Part shown: piece by piece, positions 55,158-64,000 of the stretch
Layout: each line of letters begins with the position of its first letter
Numbering within the stretch: position 1 is the first letter of the stretch
IMG/VR virus record: IMGVR_UViG_3300036824_000037
Coordinates: 64,817-128,816 of that record
Direction: 5' to 3' (one strand)
DNA from: a virus
Lineage: Duplodnaviria; Caudoviricetes
Length of the DNA stretch: 64,000 nt
Position numbers and translations under genes: made by a program
The notes under the pieces: model-generated
Database searches by the model: none
What the model was told of the DNA's origin: nothing
The model's input: the letters and a program-made list of their open reading frames with translations, nothing else

Positions 55158-58100
55158 CTAATACGAGACGCGGGTCGTGGCCGCTATCTGGGAGGCGGCA
55201 GTGTCGCCAGCCGGCAGCGGATCGGTCACGGACTCCCCCGCGACGTGGTTGTTCGCCAGGTTCGCCGCAAGGGTGATCACGCAACTGCTGTAGCCGGGCA
55301 CGGCGGCCGCCACGGACAGCACCTGCGGGCACGCCTGGAACGTGCTCGCCGACGCGGCCTGCTCCAGTTGCAGCCCGTCGGCCTGCCACGTCCACGCCCC
55401 GGCGGGGGCGGTCGCGGTCAGCAGGAGCCCGACCTGCGCCCACACCGTGCCCGCGGGTGCTGTCGCGGTCACCGTCATCCGCGTCCACGTCGCTGTGGGC
55501 GACCCGGTCAGCACGACTCCGCTGCTGTTGGTCTGCGCGAGGCTCGTGCCGGTCGCGTCGCGGAACTGCAAGTAGCTCTGCACGGTGGGGTTCGCGCCGG
55601 TGGTCGCGGACCGGGTGTACTCGCTCGCGGTGTACGCGAGCCCCGCCGTGACCGGCACCTTGAGGATGTACAGCAGGCCCTTGGTGGGCACGACGCCGCC
55701 CGCGACGGAAACCTGCCACACATTCGCGCCCTGGAACGCCGTCCCGGACGCGGCGACCGTCGGCGTGCCCACGTCGCCGGCCAGGCCGAGCGGTGTCCCG
55801 GACGCGCCCGCCGCGAGCGGGAGCGCGCCCTCGCCCGCGGTCGCGATGTTCGGGTGCAGGAGGTTGCGGCCCTCGAAGGCCGCGGTGCCCGCGCCGATCC
55901 ACAGCAGGTCGCCCGTGTTCCAGTCGGATGCGGGCGCGTTGGCTTTCACGTCGGGCAGCGGACCGACGGTGATGGTGTTCGTGCCCGAGCTCGACGCGGC
56001 CGCGAGCGTCGTGGACACGGCGCCCAGCACGCTGGACGCGTCCCAGGTCGTGGGGTCGGTGTAGCCCACCGGCAGCGGCTCGCACACCGTGGTCCCGGCG
56101 GCGTGCGTGAACCCGAAATTGCTGGTGAACGTCAGCGTCGCGCTGCTGTACCCGGGGTTGTTGGCGGGGATCCCGGTCGCGGCGAGCGTCATCGTCTCCT
56201 GCCGCACGGTCCCCGCCTCGAACACCAACTGATACCCCTGCGGCAGGGACTGGCTCAGCGCGTTGACCGCCGAGTCGGGCAGTGCGTTGATGCTCGCCTG
56301 GTTCTGCCCGGAGGCCGCCTGCGCGTGCAGGGTCGTGTGCAAGGCGCCGAGCGTCCAGTAGGTCGCCAGGTCCGCGGGCGAGCACTGCAGGTGCACCTCG
56401 ACGCGGCCGGTCGCCGGATCCCAGTCCCAGGCCACCGACTCCACGAAACAGTCGATCTGGATGCTCGCCGCACCCGGCAGCGACGGCGGCCGGCGCATCA
56501 CCCGGATCCGGCTGCCGATCTCCAGTTGCAGGCACACCGCGAACAGGCCCGGCACCGCGGACGGGCACAGTTGCAGGTCGGAGACACGCATCCGGGCGCT
56601 GCGGTACTGCTGGATCAGATAGTTGGAGGCGTCGACCGCCTCCGTGTACAGCAGCGGGTTGATGGTGCGCTGCAGGATCCGCGGGAAGTACGTGGACTGC
56701 GACGTGATGTCGGCCGCGGTCGCGACCTGCCCGGACGCGTAGTGCGTGACCTGCGCGAGATTGAACAGGTGGGTCGAGTCGTAGTCCGGGGTCAGCGACT
56801 CGTACGGCCATTCGCCCGCGGCCGTGTTCTCGCCGAACACGAACTGTGGGGTGCCCTGGTTGTAGCGGGAGGCGCGGGACTTGAACGTGAGCGCGCCGCC
56901 GGTCGACGCGTAGACGTTCCCGGCCTCGGTGAGGGCGACCGCGTCGCATGCGTCGAGGGCGGTCGCGCCCGTCAGGTCGGTCGCCGGCCCCATCTGCTGG
57001 GTCTGGCCCGTGTCGATCGCGGTCGCGCCGGTGTAGCCGACCCAGGTCAGGATCCGTTTGATGCGCGCGCCGGACGACTCGCCCTGCGACGCGGTGCGCC
57101 AGGACGCGTACAGGTTCGCGATCTGGGTGGACGTCAGTGCCGCCGGGATCTGCGCGGCGAACGCCAGATCCCCGGAGATGCCGTCGTTGTACTGGTTCGG
57201 GCCGAACTGTACGGCGGCGCCCAGCACGTCGGCGGTGATCCCGGTGGGGTGCGCGTCGCCGGCCGAGGCTGCGGTCCGGACCGTCCCGTCGAGCGACGTG
57301 GTGAGCGTCAGTCCGTCGGCGGAGAGCGACACGGTCACCAGGTGCCAGTTGCCGTCGGCGTAGTTGTTCGTGAACTGGGTTGATGCGCCCGTCCCGAGGG
57401 CGTTGAAAACGTTGCAGCTGATGTATCCGGCACCGGCCGCGTTCATGTTGATCACGCATGAGCTTGAGTTCGTCGCCAGCCAACCGGGCGGGTATGCCGC
57501 CCACAGCATCACCGTGTTCGACGGCGTCGTGGGCACGCGGAACGCGATGATCCGGGTCCAGCCGCCGGACTGGGGCGGCCCCGGGGTGTTCGCTGTCTTG
57601 TGCAGCGACACGAACGTGCACGCGTTCTGAACGCCGCTGGACGCGGGGTTGCTGAACGTGGCGACCGGGCCGGGTGTGCCGACGAATGCGCTGCCGGGGT
57701 TGGTGGAGGTGACGGTGGAGCCGAAGGTCACCGTGCCGGCGCCGAATGGCGAGTTCTCGACCGGCGCCGCGGCGCGCTTGCCCGTGGTGTCCGCGCAGGA
57801 GGTGGCGCTGGCCGGGTCTGCCAGCTGATAGAAGAAGTCGGGGCCGAGGGCGAGGATTTCGGCGACGAAGGGCGCCGGCAGGGTGTACTGGGCGAGTTGC
57901 GCGAGCGCGTCGACGCCGATGATGTTGACCAGGCCGTAGGTGCCGGTCATGGTCCACGCCTGCGGCCAGCGCTCGACCATGCCCGAGTAGATGTAGTAGG
58001 TCGGCCCCGGGTCCGCCCATGCCGTCGCGGCGGCGGCCTGCTCCATCTGCCACCCGGTCAGATAGAGGATGTTGGTCGCGGTCGTGGACGCCGGGGAGGT

Positions 58101-58886
58101 GATCGCGAGCGACGGGCGGCCCCACACGGCCCCGGCGGGGGCGGTCGCGGTGACGGTGGGCCGCGCCCACGAGGTGACGACGGGGATCGTGAGGACGCTG
58201 CCCGCAGAGGTGGACAGCAGGGTCCCGGTGACGCTGTACCAGTTGATCGACAGGGTGACCTGCACGGTGGCGTCGGCCGAGGAGGCGCGCGACCCGTACA
58301 GGCTGAACGTGTACTGCGACCCTGCGGTGACCTGCACGCAGTCCGCGGCCGGCCCGGTGGGGGCGCCTATGGGGGCGACACCCGCGTACAGGATTCCGTT
58401 CGCGGAGCTGGTGCCGGACGGGGTGGTCCACGCGAGCGCCGTGCTCTGCCCGGACGCGGGCGCGGTCAGGTACAGGCCCTGCGCCAGCGACCCGTTCGTG
58501 CGGGTCTGGTACCAGTAGTTGCCGACCGTGTCCGTGGCCGGGTTCAGCAGCGCCGAGCCGGTGGCGATGATCCGGGGCAGCAGGTTCGCGGTGGGCGCGG
58601 TCTGGGCGCGGATGCGGCAGCCCCGGTACGGCACCACGTTCGGGTAGTTGGCACTGCCCGTGTTGGACGGGTCGAGCGCGCCGTCCTTGTCCTCGAGGCC
58701 CGCGCGCCAGGTCCCGGACGGGTTGGTGTCCAGTTCGTACTGCCGACCGTGCTGGGTGGATCCGGGGAATTTGGTGCGGGCGCTCTGGTCGGTCCAGTAC
58801 GGCGGCAGGGTGGCCTGGTTCGGGGGCGCGTTGAACGCGATCTCGTAGGCGAGCACCGGGGGGAAGGTGGAGATCGTGCCCGCCAC
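55158..58886 (-). CDS. large minor tail/baseplate protein with CBM-like and LamG-like domains
   Basis: Follows the tape measure; two NLL...W.R.TVTATAPAG...Q.EQ modules; ADGNWHLV; ESSGARIKRIL. Confidence 0.85.
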   Translation of the reverse strand: MAGTISTFPPVLAYEIAFNAPPNQATLPPYWTDQSARTKFPGSTQHGRQYELDTNPSGTWRAGLEDKDGALDPSNTGSANYPNVVPYRGCRIRAQTAPTANLLPRIIATGSALLNPATDTVGNYWYQTRTNGSLAQGLYLTAPASGQSTALAWTTPSGTSSANGILYAGVAPIGAPTGPAADCVQVTAGSQYTFSLYGSRASSADATVQVTLSINWYSVTGTLLSTSAGSVLTIPVVTSWARPTVTATAPAGAVWGRPSLAITSPASTTATNILYLTGWQMEQAAAATAWADPGPTYYIYSGMVERWPQAWTMTGTYGLVNIIGVDALAQLAQYTLPAPFVAEILALGPDFFYQLADPASATSCADTTGKRAAAPVENSPFGAGTVTFGSTVTSTNPGSAFVGTPGPVATFSNPASSGVQNACTFVSLHKTANTPGPPQSGGWTRIIAFRVPTTPSNTVMLWAAYPPGWLATNSSSCVINMNAAGAGYISCNVFNALGTGASTQFTNNYADGNWHLVTVSLSADGLTLTTSLDGTVRTAASAGDAHPTGITADVLGAAVQFGPNQYNDGISGDLAFAAQIPAALTSTQIANLYASWRTASQGESSGARIKRILTWVGYTGATAIDTGQTQQMGPATDLTGATALDACDAVALTEAGNVYASTGGALTFKSRASRYNQGTPQFVFGENTAAGEWPYESLTPDYDSTHLFNLAQVTHYASGQVATAADITSQSTYFPRILQRTINPLLYTEAVDASNYLIQQYRSARMRVSDLQLCPSAVPGLFAVCLQLEIGSRIRVMRRPPSLPGAASIQIDCFVESVAWDWDPATGRVEVHLQCSPADLATYWTLGALHTTLHAQAASGQNQASINALPDSAVNALSQSLPQGYQLVFEAGTVRQETMTLAATGIPANNPGYSSATLTFTSNFGFTHAAGTTVCEPLPVGYTDPTTWDASSVLGAVSTTLAAASSSGTNTITVGPLPDVKANAPASDWNTGDLLWIGAGTAAFEGRNLLHPNIATAGEGALPLAAGASGTPLGLAGDVGTPTVAASGTAFQGANVWQVSVAGGVVPTKGLLYILKVPVTAGLAYTASEYTRSATTGANPTVQSYLQFRDATGTSLAQTNSSGVVLTGSPTATWTRMTVTATAPAGTVWAQVGLLLTATAPAGAWTWQADGLQLEQAASASTFQACPQVLSVAAAVPGYSSCVITLAANLANNHVAGESVTDPLPAGDTAASQIAATTRVSY

Positions 58887-58916
58887 GGCGCACCCCCGCC
58901 CGGGTTCGCGCCGGTG

Positions 58917-61900
58917 TCAGCCGCCCAGGCCGTTGCTGGAGTTGCGGCCCTGGTATTGCAGGACCTCGGTGCGCAGCACGTCCACGAGCTTGCGGTCGGT
59001 GATCGCGGAGCCCGCGACGTTGACCGTGTAGTAGTTGTTGACCACTCTCGTGCCGCCGCCGGGGACGTACCCGGCGCTGCCCGAAGCGTTCAGGCCCGCC
59101 AGCACCGCCGGTTTGATCATGCTGGTGGGGGTGATGTAGCCGTCCGCGCCGAACTGCATCAACTCCGGGCCGTCCTCGCCGACCAGCCCGATCTGCCCCG
59201 CCCGGAACGGGCCGCCCGCGGCGTACGCCTGCACGCCCGGGATCTTCTGGACATCGGATGGCGCGCCCGACGACACGATGTCGACGTGCACGGTGGCGTG
59301 CGAGGAGTTGATCCCGGCGAGCAGCGCGTTCAGTCCGTTGATCGCGGGCGCGGTGTTCACGTTCACGGTCGTGCCGTACTGCGGCTTGATCAGCCCGAGC
59401 GACCCGAGGAACCGGTCCACGTCGCCCTTGCTGATTCCGAACTTCGCCCCGAGCGCCTCGATCTGCTGCACCTGGGTCTGCATCGTCGAGGTCGCGGCCC
59501 CGGTTGCCACGCCCGCCGCGCGCTGCTTGTTGTAGTAGTCGACGATGTCGTTCGCGGCCTGCTGGAACGCCTGCTGGTTCGCAATGCCCGCCGTGGTGTT
59601 GCTGGCGATGGTGTTGCCGTTGTCCTTCAGCGACTGCGTCAGGTTGATCACGTCGGAGTTGAACTGCGTCAAAGACTGGGACACGCCGAGCGTGTTCGTC
59701 ATGTCCTTGATTTTGCCGTCGGTGGTCTGCGCCACATCCCCGGCGTGGCTCATCGCGTCCTCGTACTGGGGGAACATGCGGGCCGCGGCCTGCGCGCTCA
59801 GGCCGTTCTCCTGGAACGCCTGGGTGATCGCCTCGAACTGCGTCTTCGCGTCGCCCGCGTGCCCGTCCTTCACCATCTGGCCCAGCGCCTGGTCCAGTTG
59901 CGTCAGGCCCGCCGGCTCCCCCATGGGGTTGCGCCCGGTCTCGCTGAAGGCGTACAACGCGCCGAGTTGGGCCGCGAACTGCGCGACGCTGCCCTGCGCG
60001 CTGGCGGAGCCCTTGGCGACCAGGTCCAGCTCTTCGCTGACCTTGCCGAAGGTGTCGGCGGTGTGGTCGCCGGCCCCGTTCATCGCGGAGATCACGCCCG
60101 TGAGGACCGCGATCCCACCGATTGCGGCGCCGACCACACCGCCGACCAGCCCGAAGTCGCCGAGCACCCCGGCGAGCTTGCCCGCCTTGCCGGCTGCCTT
60201 CTCCGCCTCCCCGGCGCTCGCCGTCTCGGCCTCGGCCATGGTCCCCAGGGCGCCCTCGGCGCCGGACGCGGCGACGGCGACGCCCTCGGTTTCGGTCCTG
60301 AGCGCGCCCAGCTTGGTCGCGCCCGGCCCGGCGCCGAGCCCGTCGAGCGCCGTGGAGAGTTTCGCGGTCTCGGACTCGGTGTTCTGCGCCGCGGCCCCGA
60401 TACCGGTCAGGCCGACCTCGAACAGGGCGAGCTGCCCCGGGGACTGCTCCGAGACCCTGGCGATGTTCTCCAGCTCACCGCCGAACTCGCCGAGCCGGAT
60501 GGGGTCGGCGGCCTGGGTGATGGCGCGCTCCTGCATCCCGAACAGCACCAGTTGCCCGGGCGCCTGCGACGCGGTCTCCTCGATCGCGGCGATCTCCTTG
60601 TCGACCTTCGCCACGCCGTCCGCGGCCTGCGCGAGGCCCGCGAGGTGTGCGCCGTCGAACATCGTGAACTTGTCGAGGGTGGTGGTTGCCGACGTCTTGA
60701 GGTCGTCGAACGCGCCCCGAAGGCCCTTGATCGCGGCTTGCCCGTCGGCTGCGTCCCGCCCGGTGTACGCGGTCTTGAGCGCCCCGACCGCGCCGCTGAT
60801 CTCCTTGGCCTGGTTCAGCGGGAACTGCACGATCGCGGTGGCGAGTCCCACGACGCTCTTCGCGGCGTTGATCCCGCCGAGGATGGCCATCTTGGTGCCG
60901 AGCAGCCCGATCGCGCCGACGGCGAACACCTCGACGAGGGTCTTGTGGCTGGCAAGGAAGTCGGCGAACCATTTGAGGGGCGGTTCGACCACGTTGACGA
61001 GGATCTTCCCGACCAGGTCGAGGGCGCCGAACAGGCCGTGGCCGAGCAGTGACACGGTGGGCGTGACCGCGGAAACGATCTTCGTGAAGGCCTGGTAGGC
61101 GCCCTCGCCGAAGCGGATGAAGTTCTGTGCGACGGGTTCGAGCTTCTTGCCGTCGGCGACGAGGTCGTCGAATATCTTGCGGGCGTCCTGGCCGTAGCGC
61201 TGCAGCGCGGTCAGGTTCTGCGGGCCCTGGCGCGCCTGGGCGTTGAGCATCGCGTTGCCCATGTTGGGGGTCGGCCCGGACGGCGCGGTGAGCTGCTTGC
61301 CGGTGAACCCGGATGCGATCTGCTGCAGCCCGAGGCCCGCGGACTGGAAGAACGGGCCGAGTTTCGCCTCGGCCTGGGTGATGAAGCTGGACAGCATGGG
61401 CAGCGCCTTGGTGCCCAGTTCGATCCCGAGGTTCTCCGCGCCCGTCTTGATCTGGTCCATCTGGAACGCGAAGGTGTGCCTCACGCCCTCCCAGTCCGAC
61501 TCGAACTTGGTCGTCGTCGAGTCGGCGGTGACCTTGTTGAACTTGTCCTGCAGTCCACCGAGGTCCTGCATCAGTGCGAGGATCGCCTTGTCGGACCGCC
61601 CCCCGCCGAAGATCTTCGCTATCGCACTGTCGGCCTCGGTGCCCTTCACGCCCGCGTCGTTCAGCGCGGTCTTGAGGTGTGTGAGCGCGACATAGATGCC
61701 GTCGGGCTTCTGCAGGTCCAGCGCAAGTTGGTTCTGCGTGATCCCGCTCGCCTTGAGGACCTGCGTCATCGCCTCGGTGGAGCCCTTGACGTCCGAGGAC
61801 GCCACCCCGAGCCCCTCGAGCATCTTCGCGGCCTGATGGCTGGGCGTCGCCATCATCGACAGGCCCATGGTCAGGCGGGTGCTGGCCTCTTCGGCGGAGT

Positions 61901-62552
61901 TGCCCCGGTCGGTCAGGTAGCCGATCGCGGACCCGATCGAGGTGATGGAGATGCCCATCGACGCCGCCGTGGGCGCCCAGTTCTTGATCGAGACGTTGAA
62001 GTCCTGGAAGTGGGTGTCGCCCTGCCCGACGATCGCGTTGAGCTGCGCCATCGTCTGCGCGGCCTGCGACGCAGGCACGTTGAACGACTTCATGACCGAC
62101 GACAGGCTGTAGGTCGTGTTCTCGAGCGACGCCCCAGAGATCTGCGCTTCCTCGGCGGCGTACTTGACCACCTGCAGGCTCGTGGCCATGTCCATGCCGG
62201 TGGAGATCGGGTGGTACAGGGCCTCGGCCATCTGCGTGCCGGTGAATCCGACCTGTGTGCCGAGTTTCAGGACGGAACTGGTCGCCGCGTCCACGGCGGC
62301 CTTCGGGGCACCGGCGGCGGTGGACAGCCGGGTCATCTGGGTCTGGAACTCGGATGCGGCCTTGACCGAGGCAACCGCGATGCCGCCGACGGCGATCCCG
62401 ACGCCGAGGCCCACCTTCGCGACCGCGCCGAGCGCGGCGGACATGCGTCCGCCCATCGACTCCGCGTCCGAGGCGGCCTTTTTCAGTCCGGACGAGAACG
62501 GATCGGTGACCGAATCAAGGACTATATACAGGTCCGCGATGGAGCCGGTCAC
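58917..62552 (-). CDS. tape measure protein (TP901-type)
   Basis: 1211 aa, Ala/Gly-rich; ASTRL, AKIFGG; C-terminal YAAGG..VGEDGPEL. Confidence 0.93.
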   Translation of the reverse strand: MTGSIADLYIVLDSVTDPFSSGLKKAASDAESMGGRMSAALGAVAKVGLGVGIAVGGIAVASVKAASEFQTQMTRLSTAAGAPKAAVDAATSSVLKLGTQVGFTGTQMAEALYHPISTGMDMATSLQVVKYAAEEAQISGASLENTTYSLSSVMKSFNVPASQAAQTMAQLNAIVGQGDTHFQDFNVSIKNWAPTAASMGISITSIGSAIGYLTDRGNSAEEASTRLTMGLSMMATPSHQAAKMLEGLGVASSDVKGSTEAMTQVLKASGITQNQLALDLQKPDGIYVALTHLKTALNDAGVKGTEADSAIAKIFGGGRSDKAILALMQDLGGLQDKFNKVTADSTTTKFESDWEGVRHTFAFQMDQIKTGAENLGIELGTKALPMLSSFITQAEAKLGPFFQSAGLGLQQIASGFTGKQLTAPSGPTPNMGNAMLNAQARQGPQNLTALQRYGQDARKIFDDLVADGKKLEPVAQNFIRFGEGAYQAFTKIVSAVTPTVSLLGHGLFGALDLVGKILVNVVEPPLKWFADFLASHKTLVEVFAVGAIGLLGTKMAILGGINAAKSVVGLATAIVQFPLNQAKEISGAVGALKTAYTGRDAADGQAAIKGLRGAFDDLKTSATTTLDKFTMFDGAHLAGLAQAADGVAKVDKEIAAIEETASQAPGQLVLFGMQERAITQAADPIRLGEFGGELENIARVSEQSPGQLALFEVGLTGIGAAAQNTESETAKLSTALDGLGAGPGATKLGALRTETEGVAVAASGAEGALGTMAEAETASAGEAEKAAGKAGKLAGVLGDFGLVGGVVGAAIGGIAVLTGVISAMNGAGDHTADTFGKVSEELDLVAKGSASAQGSVAQFAAQLGALYAFSETGRNPMGEPAGLTQLDQALGQMVKDGHAGDAKTQFEAITQAFQENGLSAQAAARMFPQYEDAMSHAGDVAQTTDGKIKDMTNTLGVSQSLTQFNSDVINLTQSLKDNGNTIASNTTAGIANQQAFQQAANDIVDYYNKQRAAGVATGAATSTMQTQVQQIEALGAKFGISKGDVDRFLGSLGLIKPQYGTTVNVNTAPAINGLNALLAGINSSHATVHVDIVSSGAPSDVQKIPGVQAYAAGGPFRAGQIGLVGEDGPELMQFGADGYITPTSMIKPAVLAGLNASGSAGYVPGGGTRVVNNYYTVNVAGSAITDRKLVDVLRTEVLQYQGRNSSNGLGG

Positions 62553-62581
62553 CGCTCACCCCCGGCCGCGCGTCGAAGGGG

Positions 62582-63055
62582 TCAGGTCACCTTGCGCCAG
62601 CGCCCCGACCCGTATGCGGCGTCGTAGATCGCGCGGGCCGCGGTGCCGGTGCCGTGGCGGAACGCGGGCAGCAGGAACGGGTAGGTGCGCCCGCCGCGTA
62701 GCCCGTGCTCCAGGTAGTAGCCGTACCGGCTCGACGGCGTGCGCCCGGATCCGTAGCCGGGGTAGAACCCGGCGCCGGTGCCCACCCGGGTCGTGTAGTG
62801 GCCCGCGGCGAGGGTGCGCACGGGTTCGTGGGTGATGCTGCGCCGCAGCGTCCCGGAGATCACCGCGGGCCCCGAGCCGGGCCGCGCGGGCGTGGGGGTG
62901 CCGTAGGCGTGCCCCCCGGCACTTGCGTTGATCTTCGCCTGCTTCTCGATCGCGACGGCCATCGCGGTGAGCACCTCGCGGCCCTTGCCCTGCGCCTGCG
63001 CCTCGATCGCTTTGAACACCGCGGTCCACGCGCCCGGTTTCGCCTCGATCGCCAC
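62582..63055 (-). CDS. HK97 gp10-like tail completion protein
   Basis: SGTLRRSI, Y..YLEHG, YPFLLPA. Confidence 0.8.
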   Translation of the reverse strand: MAIEAKPGAWTAVFKAIEAQAQGKGREVLTAMAVAIEKQAKINASAGGHAYGTPTPARPGSGPAVISGTLRRSITHEPVRTLAAGHYTTRVGTGAGFYPGYGSGRTPSSRYGYYLEHGLRGGRTYPFLLPAFRHGTGTAARAIYDAAYGSGRWRKVT

Positions 63056-63065
63056 CGCGCCCCCG

Positions 63066-63685
63066 TCAGTACTCGATTCGCGCTGCGCCGCCGCCCGGGT
63101 CCTGCTTCTTGGCCTTCTCGGCCCGCTCCGCCTCGGCGGCGCGCTGCATCCGGATGAAGTCCCAGGTGAAGGTGCGCACCTCGATGGGCGTGCCCTGCAA
63201 CTCGGCCCAGGTCCAGCGCATCTCGCGCATCAGCTGGAAGTCCACGAACTGCGGCGGGGGTTCCCCCGAGCCCCACGTCCCGTCGAAGATCGACGCTGCG
63301 GCCTCTAGGAGGGCGTGGTACTCGGGGTCTTGGTAGGGTTTCGCCGCTCGTTGACCTCGTTCGAGAGCCGGTTCTGGATCTCGGAGGGCAGCTTCGCGAC
63401 CAGGTCCCCGGTCGCGGGCAGGGCGAGCGGCGGCTGGTCGTCCAGGCCACTGGTCGCGTCGTACACGTGCCAGTCGGTGACCAGCCGGGCGAGAACCTCG
63501 CAGCCGGCGAGGACCGGCTCGTTGCGGTCCAGGACGTTGCCCTGGGCGTCGCGGGCGACGTCGCGGGGGATCAGCCAGGTCTCGGGCACGGTCTGCGGGT
63601 TGCGCAGGGTGACGTAGATGCGGTCGCCGTCCTCCGAGAGCTCCTCGAACTCGACGGTGAAGGTGCGGTTCTTGTAGCCCGCGAT
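63066..63685 (-). CDS. tail assembly chaperone G/GT with programmed -1 frameshift
   Basis: Short form ends at TAG 63305; slippery A-AAC-CCT at 63335..63341 leads into a -1 frame ending 63066; start appears non-canonical (ATC at 63685). Confidence 0.8.
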
Positions 63686-63701
63686 GAGTATCAGCCCCCT
63701 T

Positions 63702-64000
63702 TCAGTACGCGGCCGAGGTGTAGTTGGTGATCGACGCGGTCAGCGCGCCGACGTCGGTGGAGTTGTAGACCCCGGACAGGTCGTAGGCGCCGGTGATGTA
63801 CGTCCCCGTCAGGTCCGGGCCGCCCTTGGTGAACCCGGCCTTGCTCGAGGTGAGCGTCAGCACGCTGCCGCCGAACACCGCGGGCTGGGTGAGCACCGCG
63901 GACGCGGGCAACTGGTTGTACTGCAGGTACAAGTTCAGGTCGGTGTCGGACTCGAAGATCGCCTTCAGGGTGCCGTCGATCTCCAGGCCGCGGTGTTCGG
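63702..64000 (-). CDS. major tail protein, 3' part (runs off the window)
   Basis: Position upstream of the chaperone; C-terminus YNSTDVG...ITNYTSAAY. Confidence 0.75.
   Translation of the reverse strand, partial: EHRGLEIDGTLKAIFESDTDLNLYLQYNQLPASAVLTQPAVFGGSVLTLTSSKAGFTKGGPDLTGTYITGAYDLSGVYNSTDVGALTASITNYTSAAY

Noticed and set aside
57600-61052. Very long + strand ORFs (also 7868..9604, 18793..21057, 55245..57383) and Arg/Pro-rich alternate-frame ORFs
   Set aside because: Shadow ORFs caused by high GC, overlapping genes with recognisable motifs.

Overview
A ~64 kb slice of a very GC-rich temperate actinobacterial siphovirus (Streptomyces/Catenulispora-like host, inferred). It appears to be in non-integrated configuration, because an intact attP with a tRNA-Leu 3'-end core sits between the tyrosine integrase and the lysis genes. 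Left to right: two Y RNA-like ncRNAs (one a circularly permuted tRNA mimic, YrlA type); a short + strand operon of hypothetical genes; an integrase-less mini-replicon (xis, GntR, AAA_25 helicase, mirror-symmetric iteron array); a ~39 kb minus-strand early/middle region (MazG, PAPS-reductase family, WhiB, LuxR/XRE regulators, two DNA MTases, initiator-DnaC-DnaB replication module, BRO-N, Lsr2-like, DUF1643, RusA, ASCH, LAGLIDADG, DUF5131, DEDDh exonuclease, Gp3-like plus PD-(D/E)XK recombination pair) interrupted by small divergent self-regulated cassettes; the immunity switch; integrase and attP; a lysis region carrying a PLD-family protein and a neutral-ceramidase-like amidohydrolase; and tail genes (minor tail proteins, tape measure, frameshifted tail chaperone, partial major tail protein). 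The most notable items are the ceramidase+PLD pair in the tail/lysis operon, the phage Y RNA cluster, the second replicon, and a homing endonuclease fused to a displaced DUF5131 tail. Several single-base frameshifts suggest indel errors or decay. All family calls come from motif recognition by eye, not database searches.
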